Source: Mobula hypostoma (lineage: Eukaryota). From it: a DNA stretch of 64,000 nt. Below, piece by piece: positions 1 to 12,200 of the stretch. The position numbers were made by a program, and so were the translations under genes. The DNA is taken from assembly GCF_963921235.1 (NCBI RefSeq), contig NC_086097.1, positions 2,976,001 to 3,040,000 on the forward strand, given 5' to 3'. Positions within the stretch are counted from its first letter, which is position 1, and the number at the start of each line of letters is the position of its first letter. A model generated the notes under the pieces. It was not told where the DNA came from, searched no databases, and saw nothing but the letters and a program-made list of their open reading frames with translations.

Positions 1-69
1 GCATAACAGCTTAATATAGAAATACCAATACCCTTGAATGGAATAGCTACACTGTGTACATACATCTAC

Positions 70-529
70 TGATGCTTCTGGACACATCTTCAGTGATGTT
101 CCTGGAATCATCGTGTGTTTCGGGTCTTTCAACATCATACAGCCTCCTCCAGGTGACCCAGCCGGGGCTGATCAGACCCCAGTTTGTGTCCAGATGGCTA
201 GCTACTTATGACTCCATGGCTCCCCTCTTTTGAGCCACAGCCATCTTGAGGCCCTCTCTGCCGCATCAGTGGTACTGCGGATGGCTCTCCTTTTCCTCTC
301 TCCCTCGATGCCCAAAATGCTGAAGGCTCTAACTAAAGAATGGGCTACGAATCCCCTACAACCAACCTCCACTGGGAGACACCTCGCTCTCCATCCAGAC
401 TGCTGACAGTTGCTGACCAGTCCTGTGTACTTGGAGAGCTTCCTTTCAAAGGCCTCTTCCAAGCTATCTTCCCATGGGACTGTCAGCTCCAGCAGCACCA
501 CTTGCTTAGTAGACTCAGACACTAGGACA
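70..529 (-). mobile_element. 3' fragment of an R2-group (HERO-like) non-LTR retrotransposon: restriction-like endonuclease C-terminus plus 3' UTR
   Basis: Open frame VLVSESTKQVVLLELTVPWED...RKLSKY...PVEVGCRGF...AERASRWLWLKR shows RLE motifs typical of HERO/NeSL-type elements; boundaries approximate. Confidence 0.75.
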
Positions 530-1060
530 AAAAGTAATGGATATAGCCCAGTCCATCATGGGTAAAACTCTCCCTCCCATTTAGGAGTGGTGTTGCAGGA
601 AAGCAGCATCTATCATCAGGGATCCCCAGCATCCAGGCCATGTCCTCTTCTCAGTGCTACCATCAGGACGAAGGTAGAGGAGCCTCAGGACTCACACCAC
701 CAGGTTCAGGAACAGTTACTACCTCTTAATCATTAGGCTGTTGAGCTGGGGGATAACTTTACTCAACTTCACTTACCCCATAACTGAACTGTTCCCACAG
801 CCTATGGATTCACTTTCAAGGGCCCTTCATCTCATGTTCTGAATATTAATTGCTTAGTTATTTTTGTTATTGTTCTTTTCTGTTTGTATTTGCACAGTTT
901 ATTGTCTTTTGCACATTGGTTGTTTGTCCATCTTGTGTGTGTTTTTTCATTGATTTGATGGTGTTTCTTTGCATCTACTGTGAATGCCTGCAAGAAAAGG
1001 AATGCCAGGGTAGTGTATGGTGACATATATGTACTTTGATATTAAGTTCACTTTGTACTT
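530..1060 (+). mobile_element. Rex/Babar-like LINE 3' end remnant
   Basis: Decayed 'AASIIRDPxHPGHxLFSxLPSGRRYRSLRTHTTRFRNS'-type sequence and 3' UTR, shared with copies at about 18085-18690 and 45500-46300. Confidence 0.6.
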
Positions 1061-1197
1061 TGAATAATTTAATAAAAATGGTAAGTTCTGTATATGCTGG
1101 GCAATCCAATCATTAGGTTCTGAATGGTGCAGCAAAGATGACAATTTGCTCAAATAATTTACTCAAAATTTCTGTGCTTACTTCCTTTATTGTGCAG

Positions 1198-1428
1198 GTC
1201 AGTCTTTGCACTCCAAGTGAAAATACACCCACAGAAAGTTTAGCCCGATTGGTAAGCATGATGTTCCAGTGGTTTCATTGCACTGCCTACATGCTGGATG
1301 ACGAAGTGGGAAGCCTCGTGGAAAAGCTGAAGCCTCAGTTTGTCACTAAATGGTTGAAGACTGTTTGCGATGTTCGATTTGATGTGATGGTCATGTGTCT
1401 TCTTCCCAAACCGATGGAGTGTGCAAGA
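1198..1428 (+). CDS. UNC79: UNC79 internal coding exon A (231 nt, phase 0-0)
   Basis: tgtgcag|GTC ... AGA|gtgagc; encodes VSLCTPSENTPTESLARLVSMMFQWFHCTAYMLDDEVGSLVEKLKPQFVTKWLKTVCDVRFDVMVMCLLPKPMECAR, recognised as vertebrate UNC79. Confidence 0.95.
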
Positions 1429-1584
1429 GTGAGCTTTTTTTAATATGACAGTTTGTAAGAATGCTTATTTGTGTCCCCAAGTTTCAGTATACTGTAGTCA
1501 TAAAATCTCCTTCCACACTGGATCAGAAATAATCTATTTCATTTGTGATTCATCACGTAAATGAGCAGCAAACTCTGGAATTGG

Positions 1585-3750
1585 CATGATTTATTATTGC
1601 TTCATGTAGCGAGATACAGTGAAAAGCTTGTTTTGCTTTGTGTTCAAACAGATCAGATGATTACACCATGCATTGAGCTGATACAAGATAAAACAGTGAT
1701 AGAATGCAGGATAAAGTGTAGCAGTTACAAAGAATGTGTAGTGCAAGTAGGCAATAAAGGGTTAGATCATACCGAGGTAGATTGTGAGGTCAAGAGTACA
1801 TCTTACCATACTAGCAAAGTATTCAATAGTCTTATAATAGTGGGTAGAAACTGTGCTTGAAATTGTTAGTATGTGCTTTCAGGGTGTTTGTATCTTCTGC
1901 CCAGTGGGGAAGGGGAGAAGGGAGAATATCTGGGGTTTTCAATTATGCTGGCTACTTTACTGATGTAGCAAGAAGTACAGACAGAGTCTATGGAGGGGAA
2001 GTTGGATTCCATGATGTGTTGAGCTGTGTCCACAACACTTTATAGTTATTTGTAGTCACTGGCAGAACAGTTTCTATATTAGGCAGCCGTGTATCCAGAT
2101 AAGATGCTTTCTACGCACAACACGCTGGAGGAACTCAGCAGGTCGGGCAGCATCCGTGGAAAGGAACAATGAACAGTGAAACTAGGATGGGGGAAAGGAG
2201 GGGGAGGGAATTACTGGAAGCTGGAGAATTCAATGTTTGCCAGGTGAAAAACCAGTAAGGGTGCCAGGTGAAAAACCCTAACATTGAATTCTCCAGCTTC
2301 CGGTAATTCCCTTCCCCTATCCCAGTTTCACTCTGCCTCCTCCTCCAGCTGCCTATCACCTCCCTCACGGTTCCGCCTCCTTCTACCCATTGTGCTTCCC
2401 CCGTTCCCTCTTCACCTTTCCTGCCTATCCCCTCCCTGCTTCCCCTCCCCCACCCCTTGACCATTCCCCTTACTGGTTTTTCACCTGACACCTACCAGCC
2501 TTCTCCTTCCCACCCTCCCCCCACCTTCTTTATAGGGCCCCTGCCCCCTCTCTCTTCAGTCCTGACGAAGGGTCTCGGCCCAGAACGTTGACTGTTCGTT
2601 TCAACGGATGCTGCCCGACCTGCTGAGTTCCTCCAACGTGTTGTGCGTGTTGCTTTGACCCCAGCATCTGCAGAGTATTTTGTGTTCAAGATGCTTTCTA
2701 TGGTGCATCGATAAAAATTGGTAAGGGTTGATGGGGACATGCCAAATTTATTCAGTCTCCTGGGGAAGTAGAGGCATTGGTGAACTTTCTTGGCGATGGC
2801 GTCAATGAGATTGGTGATGTTCATTCCTTGGAACTTGAAGCTCTCAACCAGCATCACTGATATGGAGTGCAGCCTATACTCTGCCTCCCTTCCTGAAGTC
2901 AGTAACCAGTGCTTTAATCAATTAAGACTCAAGATTGTCTGATGTCATTTCAAGTACACGTGTGAAAGAGAATAAAATAATTGTTTCTCCAGATCCGTAC
3001 AGCATAAAAAAACACAGTAAGATAAAGAAGATAATAATAAATACAATAAGTATAGATACATAAAATAACTCATATACATAGATTTATTGTGTGTCCGTAA
3101 AGTGACGCTAGGCACAGGAGTGTCTGTACATAAGGTGACTTTGATAGGAAATGATAAAGTAGTGGTGGTTGGAGGTGTGGAGGGGTGGGTTAGTGAGTGG
3201 AAGTGTTAATCAGCCTTGCTGCTCGGGGAAAGAAACTGTCTTTGAGTCTGGTAGTCCTGTCGTGGATGGGATCTTTCCTGATATGACTAGCCTTTTCTGG
3301 CACTTTTCTGTACACGTGTCCTTGACTGTGGGTAGGCTGGTGCTGGAGATGTACAGTATTGGGCAGCTGTTGGGCAGATGTGTTTCGCTGCTGTGTGGTT
3401 ACTGTTGGGATGCTCCACTGCACATTTGTAGAAGGTTGTTTGTATAGCTGTGCATAGTCCAGCTCTCTAGCCTTCTCAGCAAGTAGAAGTGTTACTGAAG
3501 TTTCCTGATCTGTGTAGGATCTGTTCTGGGATCAGGAGAGGTTGTGTGTGATGTGCACTCCCAGGAGTTTGAAACTGCTCGCAGTTCCACTGCTGTGCTG
3601 CCGGTATAAAGAGGGGTGTGAGGGGTGTGAGTTCTCCTGAAGGCGATAACCATCTCCCTTGTCTTGTTGACATCGAGGAAGGGGCTATTTGCTTTGGTAC
3701 CAGGCCTCAAGCTCTTGTACCTCCTCTCTGCTGGCAGAAGGGAATAGGCA
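1585..3750 (-). mobile_element. Decayed Rex/Babar-like LINE fragments, interrupted by a Penelope-like insertion
   Basis: Minus-strand peptides such as 'ESFKFQGMNI...LYFPRRLNKFGMSPSTLTNFYRCTIESIL', 'LDVNKTREMVIAFRR' and 'RTTRLKDSFFPRAARLIN'. Confidence 0.6.
2114..2687 (+). mobile_element. Penelope-like element remnant with inverted terminal segments and 13-bp TSD
   Basis: TSD aagatgctttcta at 2101-2113 and 2688-2700; PLE 3' motif 'gatgctgcccgacctgctgagttcctcca' present in both orientations; degenerate hammerhead core at 2557-2594. Confidence 0.8.
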
Positions 3751-5138
3751 ATTAACATTTGGCTTGGCCCTGATGAACAGTCTCAGCCTGAAATATTGAC
3801 AGTTTATTTCCCTTCATAGAGGCTGCCTGATTTGCTGAGTAACTCCAGCATGTTATGCGGAAAGAGATCTGAGGAAAAGAGAAGCAAGGTTGTTTAGGCA
3901 GTGGTGAACAAAGGGAATTTCTCAAATTGAGTGAAATCATGTGGCAAACGATGATGGTTATTTGTTGCTGATGTACTTCTGGCCTACTGGGAGGAAATGG
4001 CAAAAATGGTTTTTACATGGACAGGAAGAAAGAGTGTGTTGGTTCTCTTTTCTATTGAGTGTTACTTTGGTATTGTCACTCTGTAATACTGTAAACAGGA
4101 CAATTGATTTATTAATATATGAATCATCAGAATTGACGTGATGGTCAGGTGAGAGGAATCATTGTTATGACTAATTGTTCAGAGATTAAAAACAGTTTTT
4201 CATAGTACATGTGTATTGAGAGCTGGGCTGACTTGAGTTACTCGAGTGTGAAACTAAACCTCAGATGCTCATCAAAGAATGTAAGTTAGTAGCAATTGAT
4301 ATGTTTGAACTCGTGTCTGAAGTCAGAGAACAGAACAGTAAAGCACAGGAACAGGTCCTTCGGCCCACAATGTTGTTCCAAAGTAAGTAAATTAATAATA
4401 AAATGATCAACTAATCTAATGCCCTCTGCCGAAAGAATGTCCAGATCCTTCCATTCTCCTCACATTCATTCAAAAATCCCTTACGAAGTCTCTAAAGTAT
4501 CTGCCAGTGCTACCACACCAGGCAGCCATTCCAGGCACCCATCACTCTGTGCTTTAAAAAAAATTACTCCTCACCTCTCTTTAAGATGACTCCTCCTCAC
4601 CATAGATGCATGCGTTCTGGTATTAGACATTTCAACCCTGAGAAAAAGATACTGTCTGGCTACTCTATCTGTGCCTCTCATAATCCTATGAACCTCCGTC
4701 AGATCTCCCTCAGCCTCCACCATTCCAGAGAGTCAGAATCAGAATCAGGTTTTTTATCATGGGCATGTTTCGTGAAAAATAATATAATTTTGTAAAGTTG
4801 TTATAAAAATTAATTTAGATTTGGTAAAACATGTACTTGTTCAGTTTGAAGGTTTATGGGAAAGTCAGCTTACTGTACCTTTTACATTGTCTCCGTGCAG
4901 TAGCCGTGACTCCACTTGGCCCAGAATCTGTATGTGATCCAATTATTCAGTTCCTTCCCTTTCTCCGTTGGTAGAGAGCTCATGGTTAAGTCCCAGTCTT
5001 TCTAACCAACCAGTTGTTCTACTTCTCTGCGCTATAACTGAGAAGTGTTTTTAATGTTGTCATTGACTCTACTCAGTTTCTTAATCCATGAGCAAAACAG
5101 TGCAAATTCTCCAAGGAATTGAGAAGCAGTTCAGAATA

Positions 5139-7105
5139 TAGAAACATAGAAACATAGAAAATAGGTGCAGGAGTAGGCCTTTCGGCCCTTCGAGCCTGCA
5201 CCGCCATTTATTATGATCATGGCTGATCATCCAACTCAGAACCCAGCCCCAGCCTTCCCTCCATACCCCCTGACCCCTGTAGCCACAAGGGCCATATCTA
5301 ACTCCCTCTTAAACATAGCCAATGAACTGGCCTCAACAGTTTCCTGTGGCAGAGAATTCCACAGATTCACCACTCTCTGTGTGAAGAAGTTTTTCCTAAT
5401 CTCGGTCCTAAACGGCTTCCCCTCTATCCTCAAACTGTGACCCCTCGTTCTGGACTTCCCCAACATCGGGAACAATCTTCCTGCATCTAGCCTGTCCAAT
5501 CCCTTTAGGATCTTATACGTTTCAATCAGATCCCCCCTCAATCTTCTAAATTCCAACGAGTACAAGCCCAGTTCATCCAGTCTTTCTTCATATGAAAGTC
5601 CTGCCATCCCAGGAATCAATCTGGTGAACCTTCTTTGTACTCCCTCTATGGCAAAGATGTCTTTCCTCAGATTAGGGGACCAAAACTGCACACCATACTC
5701 CAGGTGTGGTCTCACCAAGGCCTTGTACAACTGCAGTAGTACCTCCCTGCTCCTGTACTCGAATCCTCTCGCTATAAATGCCAGCATACCATTCGCCTTT
5801 TTCACCGCCTGCTGTACCTGCATGCCCACTTTCAATGACTGGTGTATAATGACACCCAGGTCTCGTTGCACCTCCCCTTTTCCTAATCGGCCACCATTCA
5901 GATAATAATCTGTTTTCCTATTTTTGCCACCAAAGTGGATAACTTCACATTTATCCACATTAAATTGCATCTGCCATGAGTTTGCCCACTCACCCAACTT
6001 ATCCAAGTCACCCTGCATCCTCTTAGCATCCTCCTCACTGCTAACACTGCCACCCAGCTTTGTGTCATTCGCAAACTTGGAGATGCTGCCTTTAATTCCC
6101 TCATCCAAGTCATTAATATATATTGTAAACAACTGGGGTCCCAGCACTGAGCCTTGCGGTACCCCACTAGTCACCGCCTGCATTCTGAAAAGGTCCCGTT
6201 TATTCCCACTCTTTGCTTCCTGTCTGCTAACCAATTCTCCACCCACACCAATACCTTACCCCCAATACCGTGTGCTTTGAGTTTGCACACTAATCTCCTG
6301 TGTGGGACCTTGTCAAAAGCCTTTTGAAAATCCAAATATACCACATCCACTGGTTCTCCCCTATCCACTCTACTAGTTACATCCTCAAAAAATTCTATGA
6401 GATTCGTCAGACATGATTTTCCTTTCACAAATCCATGCTGACTTTGTCCGATCATTTCACCGCTTTCCAAATGTGCTGTTATCACATCCTTGATAACTGA
6501 CTCCAGCAGTTTCCCCACCACCGACGTTAGGCTAACCGGTCTATAATTCCCTGGTTTCTCTCTCCCTCCTTTTTTAAAAACTGGGGTTACATTAGCCACC
6601 CTCCAATCCTCAGGAACTAGTCCAGAATCTAACGAGTTTTGAAAAATTATCACTAATGCATCCACTATTTCTTGGGCTACTTCCTTAAGCACTCTAGGAT
6701 GCAGACCATCTGGCCCTGGGGATTTATCTGCCTTCAATCCCTTCAATTTACCTAACACCACTTCCCTACTAACATGTATTTCACTCAGTTCCTCCATCTC
6801 ACTGGACCCTCTGTCCCTTACTATTTCTGGAAGATTATTTATGTCCTCCTTAGTGAAGACAGAACCAAAGTAATTATTCAATTGGTCTGCCATGTCCTTG
6901 CTCCCCATAATCAATTCACCTGTTTCTGTCTGCAGGGGACCTACTTTTGTCTTTACCAGTCTTTTCCTTTTTTACATATCTATAAAAGCTTTTACAGTCC
7001 GTTTTTATGTTCCCCACCAGTTTTCTCTCATAATCTTTTTTCCCCTTCCTAATTAAGCCCTTTGTCCTCCTCTGCTGAACTCTGAATTTCTCCCAGTCCT
7101 CAGGT
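5139..7105 (-). mobile_element. CR1 LINE, 5'-truncated ORF2 (RT) and 3' UTR, relatively young
   Basis: ORFs 6171-6914 and 5236-6246 (one frameshift): PGPDGLHPRVLKE, NYRPVSLTS, DFQKAFDKV, GVPQGSVLGP, FANDT (FADD mutated), LVRPHLEY; (tttctatg)n-type tail at 5139-5160. Confidence 0.93.
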
Positions 7106-8331
7106 GATTAATCAATCTGTCTGATTAATTGATCCATCACATGTACATCGAATCATGCAGTGAAATGTGTTGTCAACCTAAGGTTCAAAGTACGTATATT
7201 TATTATTAAAGTATGCATACTACGTTCCAGCTTGAGACTCATCTCCTTGCAGGCAACCACAAAGCAAAGAAACATAATAGAACCCATTAAAAAACCTCCA
7301 TACCACCAAGACTGTCAAATGCCCAATGTGCTAAAAAAAAAAGAACAAATTGTGCAAACAGTACAAAAATAAACAAATAAATCACAGAATATGAACTGCA
7401 GAGTCCCTGAAATTGAGTCCACAGCCACAGAGTCAGTTCAGTGCTGAGGTGAGTGCTGACGATTGCAGGCTACAATTCTAGAGCTGGATGTAGTGGGAGC
7501 AGCCCTAAGTGTTGCCACACATTTTGGCGCCAACATAGTATGCCTACAATGCTGGCAGAACAACACAGAACACAACAAGCAACAGAACAACAAGAGTAAA
7601 TTAAACCCCTTTCCTCCCTCTCAACCACACATCAGCACAGGCAGTCCTCCAACTCTAAGCCTCTGGGCCTTCAACAGACTAATGGACAATAGGCCTCTGA
7701 CTTCCTTAGTGGACTTCATACCTTTGGCCATTGGGCTTCCACTTCAAGCCTTCTGATTAAACATCGGGGTTCAATCTTCGGTATGAATCCCAGAATAATA
7801 ATTATCTTATTAATTATCCAGACTTAAAGATTAAAATTTTGCTGGTTACTTTCTACAGATTACATTTTCATAATCCTCCTAGTGTAGCGAAAGTCTTAAT
7901 CAAATCATTGATGTTTCAAGGAAAGTGTGCAAAGTAACCAACAATTATTTTATTCAAATTAACCTTTACTAACAAATTTATGAATTGGTGATATAAGGTT
8001 TGAAGCACACCTCCATCTTCTCCTCCAATCTGCCACCCCCTACTTTATCTTCAAAATGGAGAGTGTTAATGCAGTTCTCTTTACTTCTGTCCCCTTTGTC
8101 TCACCCACAGTGACCATATCTTCATCTGTGCAGGCTATATGCTTTTGAAATTCCTTCCTAAACAGTCTGTCCGCCTCTGGATTTTCCCTTCATCATTCCT
8201 AAAACTCAGCTTGCCAACACAGCTCCGAATTATGTCACCAGTGATTCTTTCCATGATTCATTGCTAATTTTGTTTGGTTTGGCTTCATAAAAGGTGCGAC
8301 GTGAATGTAAGCTTTTGTACTTTATTTTCAG

Positions 8332-8522
8332 GTTGGTGGTTATTGGGATAAGTGTTGCAGTACTGTGACACAACTGAAAGAAGGCTTGAATCGAATCCTG
8401 TGCCTCATTCCATACAATGTCATTAATCAGGCTGTGTGGGAAAGCATTATGCCAGAATGGTTGGAATCCATCCGAACTGAGGTGCCAGAAAGCCAGTTGA
8501 AAGAGTTTAAAGAAGTCTTAAG
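8332..8522 (+). CDS. UNC79: UNC79 exon B (191 nt, phase 0-2)
   Basis: tttattttcag|GTT ... TTA AG|gtatgt; VGGYWDKCCSTVTQLKEGLNRILCLIPYNVINQAVWESIMPEWLESIRTEVPESQLKEFKEVL(S). Confidence 0.95.
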
Positions 8523-8696
8523 GTATGTACTGGTTGTGTGTATCTAACTGCTTCAATTGTATAATTTTTTCTTAGTAATGTTACTTACTACCACTCCTCC
8601 ACACTCCACTACTTTATCATTTCCTGTCAGTCACCCTAGTGGCAGTTTATAAAGGCTACCGATGTATTTATACTTATTGTGTTTTTTTTATTATGG

Positions 8697-9030
8697 TAAC
8701 ACATCAAAAATGCTGGAGGAACTCAACAGGTCTGGCAGGATTCATGGAAATGGACAGCCAGTGTTTCAGGCTGAGACCTTTTCTTCACGACTGGAAAGGA
8801 AAGGGAAGATGCCACAGTAAAAAACTGGGGCAAAGGGAAGGAAGACAGCCTGAAGGTGATAGGTGAAGCCAGGTGGGCGGGAAAGATAAAGGGCTGGAGA
8901 GGAAGGAATCTGATGGGAGAGGAGAGTGGACCATAAGAGAATGGGAAGAAGGAGAGGCACCACGAGAGGTGATAGGCAGGTGAAGATAGGTACGAGGCCA
9001 GAGTGGAGAATAGAAGAAGAGAGGTGAGAG
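8697..9030 (-). mobile_element. Penelope-like element 3' remnant
   Basis: 'aaatgctggaggaactcaacaggtctggcagg' plus purine-rich tail homologous to the other PLE copies. Confidence 0.7.
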
Positions 9031-9049
9031 TATTTCTTTTACCATTAAC

Positions 9050-9210
9050 TGTGGAATTCAATGCTTAAAACTATAAGGGATGCCAGCTCAGGTGACACCT
9101 TTAAACACCAGTTCAAAACCTATTTATTTAACCTTGTTTTGAACTAACATCTTTACATCTTATTTTCATGTTTGCACTTTATCCCATTGTAAAGCACTTT
9201 GAACTGCATA
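9050..9210 (+). mobile_element. L2-like LINE 3' end (second copy at about 54890-55080)
   Basis: Two dispersed copies share 'tttaaacacca..tcaaaacctatttatttaacctt...ttgtaaagcac', an FKxxLKTYLF-type L2 terminus. Confidence 0.6.
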
Positions 9211-9214
9211 CAAG

Positions 9215-12200
9215 GACAAGTACAGCACAGAAACAGGCCCTTTGGCCCATCTAGTCCATGGTGAAACAATTTAAACTGCCTCCTCCCATTGACCTGTACA
9301 GGGAACATAGCCCTCCACATCCCAACTATCCACGTATCTAGCCAAAATTCTCTTAAACGTTGTAATCGAGCTCGTATCCATCATTTGAGCTGGCAGCTCA
9401 TTCCACACTCTCACCACACTCTGAGTAAAGAGGTTTCCCCTCATGTTCCTCTCAAACGTCTCACCTTTCACCCTTAACTCAGGACGTTTAGCTGTATTCC
9501 CACCCAATCTCGGTGGAAAAAGCTTGCTTGCATTTACCCTAACTATAACCCTCGTAATTTTGTAAACATCTATCAAATCTTCTCTCAGTCTTCTTTGTTC
9601 TAAGGAATACGGTCCTAACCTTCTCAATCTTTCCTTGTAACTCAGGTCCTCCAGACCTGGCAACATCCTTGTAAATTTTCTCTGAATGCTTTCAACCTTG
9701 CTTACATCTTTCCTGTAGGTAGGTGAACAAAACTGCACACGTAACTCCAAATTAGGCCTCACCAATGTCTTAAATAACTTCAACATAACATCTCATCTCC
9801 TGTACTCAATACATTGATTTATGAAGGCCATTGTGCCAGTAGCTTTCTTCATGACCCTAACTACCTGTGACACCACTTTCAGTGAATTTTGGACCTGTAT
9901 TCCTAGATCCCCTTGTTCTACCACAAGCCTCACTGCCCTATAGTTCTCTGTGTAAGATCTACCCTGGTTGGTTCTACCAAAGTGCAAAACCTTGTACTTC
10001 TCTGCATTAAGTTCCATCTGCCATTTTCCATACCATTTTTGTAGCTGATGCAAATCCTTCTGCAAACCATGATAGCCTTCCTTACTGTCCACTACACCCC
10101 ATTTTTGGTGTCATCTGCAAATTTGCTGATCCAGTTAACCACGTTATCATCCAGATCATTGATATAGATGACAAACAACAAAGGACCCAGCACCGACCCC
10201 TGTAACAAACCACTAATAAGCCTCCAGTCAGAGAGGCAACCCTCTACTACCACTCTCTAACTTCTCCCACAAAGCCAATGCTTAATCCAACATACTACCT
10301 CATCCTGAATTTTGAGCGACTGAACTTTCCTGACCAGCCTCACATGCGGAACCTTGTCAGATGCCTTACTGAAGTCCATGTAGACAACATCCACTGTTTT
10401 GTTTTCATCCACTTCCTGGTACCTTCCCCAAACTCTATAAGAATGATTGGACATGACCTACCATACATGAAGCCATGCTGACTATCCTTAATCAGTCCAC
10501 ATCAATCCAAATACTTATATATCCTGTCCCTTAGAATATCTTCCAATAACTTTCCCAAAACTGATGTCAGGCGCACTGGCCTATAATTTCCAGGTTTCCA
10601 TTTAGGGCTTTTTTAAAACAGTGGAACAACATTGGCTATCCTGCCATCCTCTGGTACCTTCCCTGTTACTAAGGATGATTTAAATATCTCTGCTAGGGCC
10701 CCGGCAATTTCACCTCCCGTAGGATCTGAGGGGACACCTTGTCAGGCCCTGGGGATTTATCCATTCTGATTAGCCTCAGGATAGCAAATTCCTCCTCCTC
10801 TGTGTTCTGTACTGGGTCCAAGAAGTTGATGCTGCTTTGCCTCACTGGATCTTTCCAGATGCATCGCTATTTCTTCTTTAATGGTAGTTTAAAGCATTTT
10901 CCCAACTACAGATGTTAAACTAACTGGCCAATAGTTATCTGCCTTTTGCCGACATCCTTTTTTGAACAATGGTGTGACATTTGCCAACTTCCAATCCACT
11001 GGGACCTGCCCAGAGTCCAGAGAATTTTGGTAAAGCCTTTACTGTAAGTTCTGCCATTCGTTCAATACTCTGGGATGCATTCCATCAGGATCAGGGGACT
11101 TGTCTATCTTTAGGCTCACACATTTGCTCAGGATTACCTCTTTAGTGATAGCTATTGCATCGAGGCCTTCACCTCCCATCACATCCATAACATCTTTCTT
11201 TGGCATATTAGACGTGCCTTCCACCGTGAAGACTGACACAAAATAGTTATTCAAAGCCTTTGCCACTTCCTCATTACCCAATGTTAATTCCCTTTCTCAT
11301 TCTCTAAGGGACCTACATTCACTTTAGCCACCTTTTTCTGCTTTATATAATTATAAAAACTTCTATCCGTTTTTATATGTTGTGCTAGTTCATTTCCATA
11401 ATCTAGCTTTCCTTTCTTTATTGCTCGCTTAGTGATACTTTGTTGCTTTTTAAAGATTTTCCAATCTTTCAGCTTCCCACTATTCTTGGCGACTTTGTAT
11501 GCATGAGCTTATAGTTTGATGCCTTCTTTTATTTCTTTAGTTAACCAAGGCTGGCTCTCCCTACCTTTACTGTCCTTGCTTTTAACTGGAATATACTTTT
11601 GTTGAGCACTGTGAAAAATCTTCTTGAAAGTCTTCCACTGTTCCTCAACCATCCCATCATATAGCCTGTGTTCCCAGTCTACATTAGACAAATCCTCCCT
11701 CATCTTATTGTGGTCTCCATTGTTTAGGCACAGTAGTAGGCAGCTGTCAATCCCATGGGATCATAGGTTTGTGCTTCTGGTGGACTGTGTCCTCTCCAGG
11801 GCGCAAGCCTGGCAGGAAGATTTGAAGAACCGGCTGTTGCCCATGCAGTGGGTTTCCCTTCTCCAGGTCACTGATGTAGTCCAAGGGAAGGGCAAGCACT
11901 GATACAGCTTGGCACCGGTGTCGTTGCAGAGGTCACCAGAGTGAAGTTGTAAACAACATCAAACTTCCCTAGGGACCCTGCCTCTGGATTTCTTCCTCAG
12001 GGTTTACTCTGGAAACCTTTCCCATGAGTGGGTATGGCCGCAAGGCAGTGGAGGTTTAAAATCAGAGTTTTCCTTCTCCATTGTTTAGGCATAATACACT
12101 GGTTTTCGATCGAACTATTGCACCCTCTGTTTGTATGAGAATTCAGTCATACTGTGATCTTTCTTTCCAAGATGATCTCTAGCTATAGGATCACTAATTT

